This document shows, piece after piece, positions 29,134 to 38,408 of a stretch of 64,000 bases of DNA. The stretch comes from Polyangiaceae bacterium. Lineage in GTDB: Bacteria > Myxococcota_A > Polyangia > Polyangiales > Polyangiaceae. The position numbers were made by a program, and so were the translations under genes. The number at the start of each line of letters is the position of its first letter. The stretch's first letter is position 1. The notes under the pieces were generated by a model. It searched no databases, had not been told where the DNA came from, and saw nothing but the letters and a program-made list of their open reading frames with translations. The stretch spans positions 128,001 to 192,000 of the forward strand of contig JBILLK010000008.1 in the NCBI GenBank assembly GCA_044376115.1, given 5' to 3'.

Positions 29134-30531
29134 TCAATGATCCTCTGGGTCCAACGCGAGCAGGGCAAAGCCATGCTTGTCGCGGAGGATCCAGGCGTTT
29201 AGTTGCGCCTCGCTGGAGCTCGGCTTGCCCGAGAAATAGCCAAGCTTGCGCAAGGCCCTCGCGAGCTTCGGACTAGAGATGGTGACACCGTGCAGGAGCT
29301 CCGGCGTTGGCCGGAACGGGACGGCAGTGCGTTCACTGCGCGGACCGGTCCACCCCTCGACGGAAGCACCATGAACCTCACAAGCTCGCTTTACACGAGC
29401 GCGTGAGCAGTCCACCTCTCCACGTAACACCTGCCACGGTAGCGGCAGGTCGGAAAATACTGCTGTATCCGGATGGACGGTTCCACCCGAGAGGCGGTGC
29501 CAAGCGGCCACGTCTTCGGCCATGAGCCGCATCACTTTACCGGGCAACATCCTGTCGAGTAGGCCCTCCATTCCGAGCCCGTGCAGCAATGCTATCCAGC
29601 TCTCGCGAGCCTTGTTCCATGCTCCCGCCGACTCGTTCCACGTCGATGAGTCATTGCCACGGGCCACGATCATCGTCCGCTTGTCGATGCGGCTCTTCTC
29701 CCAAACCTCCTCGAGTAGGTCCGCGCTGCAAGCCATGACCTCAAACGAGGTGGCGAGCAGCTGACCCCGCTCATTCTCCGTTAGCTGACGGAGAATCCGC
29801 GTCTCGGGCAGGGCGTGGGCGATTGCGTAGTAGTTGGGTGAACCACGCAGACAATGAGCGAGCAGCACCTCCGCTACCTCGTCGTACGGACGCACTTGGG
29901 AACCGCAGGTAAACTCGGAACGCAAGCTCATCCGTGAGGCGTAATAGGCAATGAAGCAGGCGCTATCCAGGTCACGAGCGAACTCTTCGCGCGTGAGCCG
30001 GGTCGCCAAGCTCGACTTGGAGATGCGAACCAGATCGAAACGCCGATCCGCGCGCACCATCCGGACGATCTTCTGCTCCAGCCGCGCGAGTAGCCGGAAG
30101 CGCTTGTTGTACCAGCGATGGCCCTTCATCAAGCCCAGCGAATAGCGCGCACGTTTGTCCAGCTTGCACCGGTCGCCGAAGGTTCGATGAATGAGGAGGC
30201 CCGTCTGCCGAACGAAGTCCTCGAGCCGCTGCGGGTCCCGACATTCTACCGCCGAGAGCACCGGAATTTGGCTCGCACCTTCCACATCGGCAAAGAGCGA
30301 TCGGGCCAGGTCGACCTGCGGCGCTGCCGCGACCTGCGCGTGAAAGAAGCTCGTGGCCATGGACGAGTACGCTTGGTAGCTGCGCGCGTACGAACCTCGC
30401 GCAGCCCGCGACACGACCTTCAATGACGTAGCGTCAAGCCGCGAACCAATCGCCCGCAGGACGCACTCCGCTACATCTTCCGGTCGCGAGCGACCTTGCA
30501 AATGAGCAAACAACTCTGAAATAGCGTCCAT
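29134..30531 (-). CDS. Uncharacterised 465-aa cytoplasmic protein upstream of the tRNA-like RNAs
   Basis: AAGGAGG RBS before the ATG at 30531; no signal peptide; Arg-rich; conserved-looking blocks RPEDVAE, YNKRFR, RSEFT, GNDSSTWN, GKVMRLMAEDV and PTPELLHGV. Confidence 0.85.
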   Translation of the reverse strand: MDAISELFAHLQGRSRPEDVAECVLRAIGSRLDATSLKVVSRAARGSYARSYQAYSSMATSFFHAQVAAAPQVDLARSLFADVEGASQIPVLSAVECRDPQRLEDFVRQTGLLIHRTFGDRCKLDKRARYSLGLMKGHRWYNKRFRLLARLEQKIVRMVRADRRFDLVRISKSSLATRLTREEFARDLDSACFIAYYASRMSLRSEFTCGSQVRPYDEVAEVLLAHCLRGSPNYYAIAHALPETRILRQLTENERGQLLATSFEVMACSADLLEEVWEKSRIDKRTMIVARGNDSSTWNESAGAWNKARESWIALLHGLGMEGLLDRMLPGKVMRLMAEDVAAWHRLSGGTVHPDTAVFSDLPLPWQVLRGEVDCSRARVKRACEVHGASVEGWTGPRSERTAVPFRPTPELLHGVTISSPKLARALRKLGYFSGKPSSSEAQLNAWILRDKHGFALLALDPEDH

Positions 30532-30590
30532 ACGAGCCTCCTTCCGCAACGAGCGACGCGGAGCCCCGTATGGACCTGACAAGCGCTTAG

Positions 30591-33266
30591 CTACGGTAGT
30601 GCGCAGAAGTCGCCACCGCTCGCGCCGGCGGCCGGCAGCGGAACTGGCACGGTGGTCTCGTCAATCGAAAGCAGATAGTGCACCAGCGCGTCCCGCTGCT
30701 CACTTGCATTGGCGCCTGAGAGGAAGCCTGCGTCGGCCAAGGCAGCACGATGGGTGGCGAAGGTTGCCTTCAGCAGCTCCTCCAGCGTGCGTGCATTGCC
30801 AGCGTGGAAGTAGGGAGCCCCGACCTGCGCCCCTAGCAAGCTGGGCACGTTGAAGCCTTTGCCCACGGTCTCGTTGCCGAGGGCCGTCGTAAGCATGTCC
30901 TGGCGCACTTCGATCGCATTGACGCTGCTCGGCGAGACCCCAAACGTCCCCACTGGACGCAAGGCGCACTGCATGACATCCCCGAGCCCCGAGCCTGAGC
31001 GCATGACCTGATTGCCGGCCGGTGCGGGCAAGAGCCCCTCGGGGAAGCCGGCCGCGATCAGCGCCGCTCCATTCCAAGCTGCAGTCTTGAGCGATTCGTT
31101 CGTTGCGGAAGACGGAGTGTAGAAAAGCGTCGAGAGCGTCCACTTCGCTCCGCCGTGGCAGCCTGCACAACCGCCACTCGCAACAAACAGCTCTTCACCC
31201 GCCTGAATCTTGACGGGGTCCAGGTTGCTCGGGGCCCGAGGCGACCGCACCTCCTTTACGTACTGCTCTATTTGCGCCCAAGTCTGAAGCAGGCTCTGTT
31301 GCTCCATCGCGAGCCTGGCCGAGCCATTGAGCCCACCCGCGCCAAACGAGGGGAAGAGCATAATGTTGGTTAGGTCCACCCGGTCGGAGTTCACAGGTGG
31401 GTTACTCAGCGTGTGGACGATGGCCCCTACCCCACCGTCAAGCCCGCGCAATACGCCCTCAAAGTCGGCCATCTCATCGGCGACCGCTGTCCAGTTGAAG
31501 ATCCGTTGGTCACTCGGGTCACTCGAAGAATAACTGCCATCCAAGCTAGTGGACTGACGAGGGCCGCGACCAAAGTACCAAGTAACATTATCGCTTAGCC
31601 CCTCGAAGTGACAGGAGGCACAGGCCCCCCACCCTTGACCATTCAGGCTGAAGCGGCCAAGCCCAGACTCGAACGCGCGACGCCCAGCCATGATCGCGAC
31701 TTCGGCCTCGGAGGTTGCAGGGAGCGTGGAGGGATAAACCTTCGGGTCCCCCGCTGAGGCTCCGGCGATATCCTCGAGCCCCGGTGCGACGGCGAGCACC
31801 GTTAGATTGCGCGAGAACTGGTTTGCTACATAGGCAAACGGATGGGCATGCGCCGTAGCGAGCCCGATCGGCGATTCGCCGCGCGCGGCCTGCGGAAGCG
31901 CGTCCGAGGATAGATCGAGGAAGGGCCGCGTCGCACCGAACCCGACCTGGGTCAGCTGACCGCTTTGGTCGAAGCCGGCGCCGAACACAGCATCGACTCC
32001 GCCTGCGGGAATGAGCCCGACCCCCTCCTCGGTAAACGCGAGATCGTTTGCTAGGAGCGGCATCCGTCGCGACGCATCATCGGCGAATAACTGGGTATCG
32101 TAGAAGGACACCATCTCGCCATCGAGCATGATCGGGCTCGAATCGAGCTCCAACGTGGTAGCCAAGTCCACCACGCTGAGCGCTGGGTGCGTCATCTGCT
32201 TGGGGTTAGTCGGGCCTTTGGGAGAGGCGCAGATGCTCGTTACATAAGCCCGGTTCTGATGAACCGTGACCGACTGCAATTGATTGGGGAAACAGCCTGT
32301 TCCGGCGGCTCCGGCAAATCCTACGTCCAGCTTGGAGCGCAGCAAGATCGGCTCGGGCGCAAGCGTCGCGACCTCGACGCGATAAAGAACAGCAGCCCAG
32401 TTGCTGTCGACGTTGGAGCCATCACTCGCCTCGGGCGCCGTCCGTTGTGCGAAGAACTCGGTCACCAGCAGCGTCTCATCGCTGTCGTCGCCATCTCCGT
32501 CGTTGGTCATCGCCAGCGACCGCGGATGCGCCAGCGCCGGTCGAGCATTGGCCTCCCCCACGGTAGGACCCAATAGCCCCGTGCCAGCCAGTGGCCCATT
32601 GAGATCGATGGTCGAAGCGACCTGCAGCGTCTCTGTATCGACCACCGACACGGTGCCGTCGACCCAGTTGGCCACGAAGAGCTGCGTATTGTTGGGCGAT
32701 AGCACGAGCCCGGTTGGCTCGGAGCCCACGGCAACTTCGCCCACCACCATAGGCACCGAGTCGAGCCCGTCGATCGCAATCACCTTTTGCTCACTGCGGG
32801 CGATGACATAGGCGCGACTGCCGCAGCCATCGATCACGACCTGCCATGGCTCGCCGCCGACCGAAAGCTCGGCCCGCGGCGTGAGTTCTGGCTGAAGCCC
32901 TTGATAATCAGCGGCGAACACCGTGATGGTGCCCACGTCGCGATTGGCCACGACCACCGTCAGGTCATCGGCACTCACGGCGACAGCGCCTCCTTTGAGC
33001 GGCCCGGAGGAGGTCGTACCGCATAGCGGTGCTCCGCCACCCATACCTCCTTCTCCGCCGCCGCCAACCTCGCTGCCACCGCCGCCACCCTGCCCAGCCT
33101 CCCCACCGACGGCGCCTTGCCCGCCGCTCCCGGCTTCGCCACCTCCGCCAACGCTGCTTCCGCCAGCACCGGCTTGCCCGCCACCAGGGCCCTGCGAATC
33201 CCCGCAGGCCATCAATACCGTCGTAAGCGCTACAGCCACGACCAAACGCTCGTGCATCGTACCCAT
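30591..33266 (-). CDS. Lipoprotein with YVTN/YncE beta-propeller and di-heme cytochrome c peroxidase (MauG-like) domain
   Basis: Lipobox LMAC, Gly-rich linker, VANWVDGTVSVVD repeats, CASCH and CAGCH, VPSLLG...APYFHAG. GGGAGG RBS before the ATG at 33266. Confidence 0.88.
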   Translation of the reverse strand: MGTMHERLVVAVALTTVLMACGDSQGPGGGQAGAGGSSVGGGGEAGSGGQGAVGGEAGQGGGGGSEVGGGGEGGMGGGAPLCGTTSSGPLKGGAVAVSADDLTVVVANRDVGTITVFAADYQGLQPELTPRAELSVGGEPWQVVIDGCGSRAYVIARSEQKVIAIDGLDSVPMVVGEVAVGSEPTGLVLSPNNTQLFVANWVDGTVSVVDTETLQVASTIDLNGPLAGTGLLGPTVGEANARPALAHPRSLAMTNDGDGDDSDETLLVTEFFAQRTAPEASDGSNVDSNWAAVLYRVEVATLAPEPILLRSKLDVGFAGAAGTGCFPNQLQSVTVHQNRAYVTSICASPKGPTNPKQMTHPALSVVDLATTLELDSSPIMLDGEMVSFYDTQLFADDASRRMPLLANDLAFTEEGVGLIPAGGVDAVFGAGFDQSGQLTQVGFGATRPFLDLSSDALPQAARGESPIGLATAHAHPFAYVANQFSRNLTVLAVAPGLEDIAGASAGDPKVYPSTLPATSEAEVAIMAGRRAFESGLGRFSLNGQGWGACASCHFEGLSDNVTWYFGRGPRQSTSLDGSYSSSDPSDQRIFNWTAVADEMADFEGVLRGLDGGVGAIVHTLSNPPVNSDRVDLTNIMLFPSFGAGGLNGSARLAMEQQSLLQTWAQIEQYVKEVRSPRAPSNLDPVKIQAGEELFVASGGCAGCHGGAKWTLSTLFYTPSSATNESLKTAAWNGAALIAAGFPEGLLPAPAGNQVMRSGSGLGDVMQCALRPVGTFGVSPSSVNAIEVRQDMLTTALGNETVGKGFNVPSLLGAQVGAPYFHAGNARTLEELLKATFATHRAALADAGFLSGANASEQRDALVHYLLSIDETTVPVPLPAAGASGGDFCALP

Positions 33267-33391
33267 GCAGTACCTCCCGTGGAGAGCTCCACTTGGCGGC
33301 CGCAAAGCATGAAGGAGGCCATTCACTCGCAGGACTTAAACGCTAATTTCAACCAACACGCCGGGCTCGGGGCGAGCTTCATGCTCTCGAA

Positions 33392-33522
33392 TTGCGCGCA
33401 AACTGCGCGCGACCTGCGCTAGCTGAGCGCGAAGTTGCGCGTTGCTCTGCAGCGGCAGCCAGCTGCGACGCTCGTCCACGGTTGCGCAACTTGCGCGCAA
33501 GGCCAAACCTCAGTTTGCGCAA
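33392..33522. promoter_or_regulatory. Cluster of TTGCGCAA / TTGCGCGCAA palindromes, candidate enhancer
   Basis: TTGCGCGCAA at 33392 and 33491; TTGCGCAA at 33482 and 33515; about 70-200 bp upstream of a sigma-54 promoter. Confidence 0.55.
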
Positions 33523-33591
33523 TTAGCGACACGCGTGCGCATTGGCCAGCAGACAATGCGGTAATTCTACGATGCATTCGCGGAGAAGGCC

Positions 33592-33608
33592 TTGGCACCG
33601 AGCTTGCG
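33592..33608 (+). promoter_or_regulatory. Sigma-54 -24/-12 promoter
   Basis: TTGGCACCGAGCTTGCG matches TGGCAC-N5-TTGC. Confidence 0.78.
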
Positions 33609-33651
33609 AAGGGACTCATCGCTGCCCGAGCAGCACGAAGAGGAACATCCC

Positions 33652-34005
33652 ATGAACATCCGCATCATCGCCGCTATCATCGTTACCGCTCTCACTGCTG
33701 GTTGCTCCGCCTCACAAGCAACGTTGACCAAGACAGCGGAGTGGAAAGCTCGTGAAGGTCGCGAAGTGCAAGTTCTGCTCGACGCGAAGCCGGCCACGCC
33801 TTTTCGCGTAGTCGCCGAGCTCTCGGCCGATACCCTCGAGAGCCCGCGCAGCATCGCACTCATGCGTGAGGAGGCTGCGCGCCAAGGGCTCGACGGTATC
33901 TACTGGATTGAGTGCGCAGACCGGCGCGGGGTTTGTCGCGCCAAGGGCTTCGTCTACTCGGCGTTCGACACGGCCTCGGCGAGCGAATCAAACTCTCTCC
34001 GCTGA
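33652..34005 (+). CDS. Small lipoprotein (possible YbjQ/heavy-metal-binding-like fold)
   Basis: GAGGA RBS, lipobox TAGC, ALMREEAARQGLDGI pattern. Confidence 0.75.
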   Translation: MNIRIIAAIIVTALTAGCSASQATLTKTAEWKAREGREVQVLLDAKPATPFRVVAELSADTLESPRSIALMREEAARQGLDGIYWIECADRRGVCRAKGFVYSAFDTASASESNSLR

Positions 34006-35615
34006 GCCGGCGCTACTTTGAAAACGGGGAGTTTGACGGTGAACGTCGAGCCCTCGCCTTCCGCAGAGACGACTGAGATGTCGCCGCCGTGCGCAGTGAC
34101 CGCTCGCTTGACGACCGCCAATCCGAGACCCGTTCCTGGAATGGTCCCGACGTTGGTACCGCGATGAAAGCTCTCGAATAGTCGCGCCTGGTCTACCTGC
34201 CCAATACCGATCCCGCGGTCCCGAACGACGAGCACCAAGTCGCTGCCGGCCGCCCGCGCGCTGACGTCCACCGGCCCACCCGCTGGCGAGTATTTTACTG
34301 CATTGGAAAGCAGATTGGTCACGATATGCACTGCCAACTTCTCATCGATAGCCGCTTCAGGAAAGCTCTCCGGCATGGTGAGCCTGAACTCGTGGCGCAT
34401 CGAGGTGGACGAGATGGCATCAACCGCCTCGCGCAGGAACCGGCCAATGTCGAGCGGGCCAGGCGAGCACTCGAGTCTTCCGGCGTCGCTGCGCCCAATC
34501 ACCAATACGGCATCGAGCAACTCTCGCATCGTGCCAACGGCGGTCTTTACCCGCCCATAGTGGTCACTGCGCTTGGCCGGTGGCCAACGCTCACCGTACG
34601 CCTCGAGCAGCTCGGTCGACGAGAGAATCACCGAAAGCGGGGTGCGAAACTCATGCGAGGTCATCGTAACGAATCGCCCTTTGAGTTCCGAAAGCTCGGT
34701 TTCACGATCTCGTTCTCGCAAGAGAGCGTCATTGGCAGCGGCAAGCTTCTTGGCCGTCTCACGCTCGGTACGAGCCGTCCTTCTGAGGCGCAGAATGATG
34801 TCTGCCGCGAGCAAGCTGGCGATCCCCGCGAGGGTGAGGGCCATGAACAGCCGGCGACGATTGGCCGCATCGCGAGCCGCCGAAACGCCCTGCTCGTACG
34901 CGACATCGAGTCGCTCCGCCGTTGCCATCGTGGGCGCGGTGAGGACCGCTTGCGTGAGCTGCGCAGCGGACTCGGCGTGGCGCTCGAGCGCATCGGCGTG
35001 AAGCAAAACCAACGCGCGGTCCGACTCCAGGTCGCTCGCGACCGACGCTCCAGCGAGCAGGGCGCGGGCCTGATGAGCGCGCTTTTTCTCGGCCTCGCCG
35101 GGGACCTGAACATAGGCGTTGACCGCCAACAGGAGTTCATTGACGAGCGAGGCTTCCTTCGGCGCGCCGGCGTCCGTGAGCCGATCGCGCAGAGCCTGCG
35201 CCGCCACCGGAAAGAAGCGTGCAGAGTTACGAAAGATAGCGTTCTGACTCTTGAAGTCTTCAATCGTCCGAGTTTTTTCGATAAAGGCCGTTTGCGCCGA
35301 GACGGCCGCTGCCTTCACTTCGTCGGCGCTCTTCGCGTCCAGGAATGGGGGCGGAACCACCAGGCGCGAGTAGGCAACGCGCAGCTCGGCCGTCGTCCGG
35401 CTGAGTGCGTCATAATGCATTACCAGAGACTGCCTGGTTTGCATCACCTGCTCGTTCAAGCGAGCGTCGCGCGTGAGCGCCGAGCGAACGTCACGCCCAT
35501 AGCTGTCGTGGGCGCGCCCATCGATCCCGGCACGCGCATCGTAGGCCACTTGAGCAATGAAAAGCCCCGTCGCCAATACCCAACTAGCCCGCCAAAGCAC
35601 GAAGGCTCGATTCAT
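33954..35615 (-). CDS. Sensor histidine kinase with a periplasmic DAHL-type helical domain
   Basis: TM; HYDAL and IEDFKSQNAIFRNSARFFP (DAHL-like); TM; SHEFRTPL, NLLSNAVKYS, DRGIGI, GTGLGL. Confidence 0.9.
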   Translation of the reverse strand: MNRAFVLWRASWVLATGLFIAQVAYDARAGIDGRAHDSYGRDVRSALTRDARLNEQVMQTRQSLVMHYDALSRTTAELRVAYSRLVVPPPFLDAKSADEVKAAAVSAQTAFIEKTRTIEDFKSQNAIFRNSARFFPVAAQALRDRLTDAGAPKEASLVNELLLAVNAYVQVPGEAEKKRAHQARALLAGASVASDLESDRALVLLHADALERHAESAAQLTQAVLTAPTMATAERLDVAYEQGVSAARDAANRRRLFMALTLAGIASLLAADIILRLRRTARTERETAKKLAAANDALLRERDRETELSELKGRFVTMTSHEFRTPLSVILSSTELLEAYGERWPPAKRSDHYGRVKTAVGTMRELLDAVLVIGRSDAGRLECSPGPLDIGRFLREAVDAISSTSMRHEFRLTMPESFPEAAIDEKLAVHIVTNLLSNAVKYSPAGGPVDVSARAAGSDLVLVVRDRGIGIGQVDQARLFESFHRGTNVGTIPGTGLGLAVVKRAVTAHGGDISVVSAEGEGSTFTVKLPVFKVAPAQRREFDSLAEAVSNAE

Positions 35616-36595
35616 TGCACCTGCTCCAGATCGCTGGTCAACGTACCGAGAAAAGCGACAATCAAGCGAGTTTGCTCGGCGGCTAGCGGCCTTCCTAATT
35701 GGTATTCGGCCATGATGCGAACGGCCTCGTCCAAGGTCTGCACAGAGCCATTGTGAAAGTAGGGCGCAGTGAGCGCCACATTGCGAAGACTCGGAACACG
35801 GAAGACATGCTTGTCCGCTTCAAGCTTGGTCACCGTGTACAGCCCGAGATCCGCCTCTTCGATCGTACGGCCAGCGAAGTAGTCCTTCAGCACGCCAAAT
35901 CGCTGGAGCAGATTCCCCCCAACGTTAACCCCTTGATGACAACTGGAACAGCCGTGACTCTTGAACAACTCAAATCCGCGTCGTTCATCGTCGTCAATCG
36001 CATCGGTCTCTCCGCGAAGAAAGCGGTCGAAGCGCGCGCCGGGAGTGTTGAGGCTCCGTTCGTAGGTAGCGAGGGCCTCGCGAAAGTTGGCCTCGCTAAC
36101 ACCGCCGTAAATGGCATTGAAGGTCGGTGCATATTCGGGCGACGCCTTGAGACGCTCGACGATCTCGGGGAAGGTCATGTTCATCACGTTGGGGTTCATG
36201 ATGGGAACGTCGAGCTGCGCCTCGAGCGAATCGAACCGGCCGCTCCAATGGAGTTTGAAGCTGAAGCCGACATTGAAGATCGTCGGCGTGTTGACCCCGA
36301 GCTTCGCTCGGCCCGGAAGCTGCGAACGCGTCGCCCCGTCCATTCCTCCAGCCGCAAACGGATGACAGTTGAGGCAGGTCGTGTCGCGCTCCCGCGACAG
36401 AATTGGATCGCGGAAGAGCCGACGACCGAGATCGACCTTGCGGGGATCGAGCGGTACCGTCTCGGGGATCGGCAGGATGACCTCATCCGACAAGAGCGGC
36501 TCGCGCTCCGCGGGGTTGGCGTCGAGCTGTTCGACTCGCTCGTCGCCGCAGCCCCAGAGGCCGGCGACGAGCGCAAGGGGCAACCAGGGCTTCAT
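35612..36595 (-). CDS. Di-heme cytochrome c peroxidase family lipoprotein
   Basis: Lipobox LWGC; LGRRLFRDPILS, CLNCH, CSSCH, FRVPSLRNVALTAPYFHNGS. Confidence 0.92.
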   Translation of the reverse strand: MKPWLPLALVAGLWGCGDERVEQLDANPAEREPLLSDEVILPIPETVPLDPRKVDLGRRLFRDPILSRERDTTCLNCHPFAAGGMDGATRSQLPGRAKLGVNTPTIFNVGFSFKLHWSGRFDSLEAQLDVPIMNPNVMNMTFPEIVERLKASPEYAPTFNAIYGGVSEANFREALATYERSLNTPGARFDRFLRGETDAIDDDERRGFELFKSHGCSSCHQGVNVGGNLLQRFGVLKDYFAGRTIEEADLGLYTVTKLEADKHVFRVPSLRNVALTAPYFHNGSVQTLDEAVRIMAEYQLGRPLAAEQTRLIVAFLGTLTSDLEQVQ

Positions 36596-36598
36596 GGC

Positions 36599-38005
36599 TT
36601 AGCGCTTTCGAGGGCGCGGAAGCTCGTACTCCGCAAGTCGATTGACCAACGTGCGACGACTCATGCCCAAGAGTTCGGCAGCGGCCGTCTGATTGCCGTG
36701 GCATTTCTCGAGCGCCTCGAGGATCTGTTGCCGTTCGAGCAGCGCCAACTGGCCTTTCAAGGATTGCGCCTGACTCGGCGGGCTCGACTCCTCATTAGCG
36801 CTGGGCGGCGGGACCGATGCGGGAGCGACTTCCGCAACCGCCTTCTGAATGAAGTCCGGCAGCGCCGCTGGTCGAATGACGTCTTCGGAGAGGACAATAG
36901 CTCGACCAATGACGTTCTTGAGCTCGCGGACATTGCCTGGCCACCGATAGGCGAGCAAGAGCTCGCTAGCCTCCTCGGTGAGCCGGGGTGGGTTGCGGCC
37001 GAGCTGACTGGCCGCGGACTCTGCGAAGCGGAGCGCGAGGGGGATGATTTCGCGGCGGCGTTCGCGAAGCGGTGGAATGGTGATGCTGAGTCCGTTGAGC
37101 CGGTAGAAGAGGTCTTGGCGGAAGGTGCCGCGTTGGACCTCGGCCTCGAGGTCGCGATTGGTTGCGGAGACGAAGCGAACGTCGATGGGAACTGGCGTGC
37201 GACCACCAACCCGCAAGATTCGGCGCTCTTCGAGGACGCGCAACAACTTGACCTGAATGGCGAGGGGAAGATCGCCAACCTCGTCCAGGAAGACAGTGCC
37301 GCCGTTGGCGGACTCGAGCAGGCCTGGCCGAGCTTGACTTGCGCCGGTGTAAGCCCCGCGCTCGTTGCCGAACAGCTCGCCTTCCAACAAGGACTCGCTG
37401 ATCGCGGCGCAATTGAGCGCCAAGCACGGCCCTTCACGGCGCTGGGACAGCTTGTGAATGCTCTGCGCGAGGATCTCTTTGCCAACGCCCGTCTCGCCCA
37501 ACAGCAGCACCGAGATGAGCGCCTGAGCGGCCTTGGCCGCCAGCTGATAGACCCCTTGCATCGCAGGGTCCTCGACCACGATGGTTTGCGGCAGAACCTT
37601 CGCGCTGGGCTGCTCAGGAGGCCGAGACGCGTCTTGCCTAGCCAGACGCGCACGAACCGCCTCGAGCAGCTCTGCGCGAGTGAAGGGCTTCGTCACGTAG
37701 TCGTCCGCCCCCAAGTTCATCCCCGCTCGCACGTCCGCACGGTCGGCCTTCGCCGAAAGGAAGATGAACGGCAGGTTCTTGGTGATCGGGTTCTGACGCA
37801 GCGCCTGGAGCACGCCGAACCCATCGAGTTCTGGCATGCGCACGTCGCAGAGCACGATCGAGGGCGGGTCATTCAGCGCGAGATCGAGCCCAAGCTGGCC
37901 ATTCTCCGCTCCGATTGCCTCAAACCCCTCTTCAGAGAGCAGCTCGATGAGGTTTTCGCGAATCAGCGCGTCGTCCTCGATGATCAGTGCTCGTTTCACA
38001 GACAT
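36599..38005 (-). CDS. Sigma-54-dependent response regulator (NtrC-type enhancer-binding protein)
   Basis: Receiver (IIEDD, DVRMP), GETGVGKE, GAYTGA, FLDEVGD, WPGNVREL, Fis HTH. GGAGG RBS before the ATG at 38005. Confidence 0.95.
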   Translation of the reverse strand: MSVKRALIIEDDALIRENLIELLSEEGFEAIGAENGQLGLDLALNDPPSIVLCDVRMPELDGFGVLQALRQNPITKNLPFIFLSAKADRADVRAGMNLGADDYVTKPFTRAELLEAVRARLARQDASRPPEQPSAKVLPQTIVVEDPAMQGVYQLAAKAAQALISVLLLGETGVGKEILAQSIHKLSQRREGPCLALNCAAISESLLEGELFGNERGAYTGASQARPGLLESANGGTVFLDEVGDLPLAIQVKLLRVLEERRILRVGGRTPVPIDVRFVSATNRDLEAEVQRGTFRQDLFYRLNGLSITIPPLRERRREIIPLALRFAESAASQLGRNPPRLTEEASELLLAYRWPGNVRELKNVIGRAIVLSEDVIRPAALPDFIQKAVAEVAPASVPPPSANEESSPPSQAQSLKGQLALLERQQILEALEKCHGNQTAAAELLGMSRRTLVNRLAEYELPRPRKR

Positions 38006-38040
38006 CCTCCCCGGCCAGTAACAGACCGCCACTCCCCAGA

Positions 38041-38056
38041 GCACACATCGTGCCGA
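38041..38056 (-). promoter_or_regulatory. Putative sigma-54 -24/-12 promoter of the RR-peroxidase-kinase operon
   Basis: Minus strand TCGGCACGATGTGTGC = GG-N10-GC, 36 nt above the ATG. Confidence 0.62.
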
Positions 38057-38091
38057 ACCCAAGCCCCCACGGACAACCTCAACCAATCCCC

Positions 38092-38361
38092 ATGATCAAC
38101 GACGAATTAGCAGGAACAGACTGGCAGGTCCGTAGTCAAGACTTCGACCCGCCGGAAGTGCCCGAGCTGCCCCCCTCGGCCTTCTCGGTGATCTCGAAAG
38201 GAGCGCTACAACGTGAAATTGCGCGGGCTACTGCAGCGGTTGAGCGCAAGTTCTTGGCTGCGCTCATGCTCCATTGCGCGGGTAATGTCTCCGCAGCAGC
38301 CAAGGCCTCGGGCATTCACCGCAGCCACTTGCAGCGAATGCTTTCCCGTTGCCGAGCTTAG
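38092..38361 (+). CDS. Stand-alone Fis-type HTH protein (89 aa)
   Basis: VERKFLAALMLHCAGNVSAAAKASGIHRSHLQRML matches the HTH_8 pattern; no AAA+ domain. Confidence 0.75.
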   Translation: MINDELAGTDWQVRSQDFDPPEVPELPPSAFSVISKGALQREIARATAAVERKFLAALMLHCAGNVSAAAKASGIHRSHLQRMLSRCRA

Positions 38362-38408
38362 CCTAGAAGTTGCTCTGCACTCCGCCCCACTGCCTCTCGC
38401 GAGAGACA

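Noticed and set aside
28645..29202. Track ORFs across the repeat and tRNA-like region
   Set aside because: They translate repeat and RNA structure and have no credible starts or protein features.
33040..33200. Low-complexity GGC/CCG repeats (also 11610-11690)
   Set aside because: They encode the ordinary Gly-rich linkers of lipoproteins.
34326..35756. 476-aa plus-strand ORF, and similar long antisense ORFs at 44341-45714, 8336-9472, 12150-13247 and 25530-26534
   Set aside because: All are shadows of motif-bearing genes on the opposite strand.
35699..38095. 798-aa plus-strand ORF
   Set aside because: It is antisense to the well-supported enhancer-binding protein and peroxidase genes and has no motifs; a typical high-GC shadow ORF.
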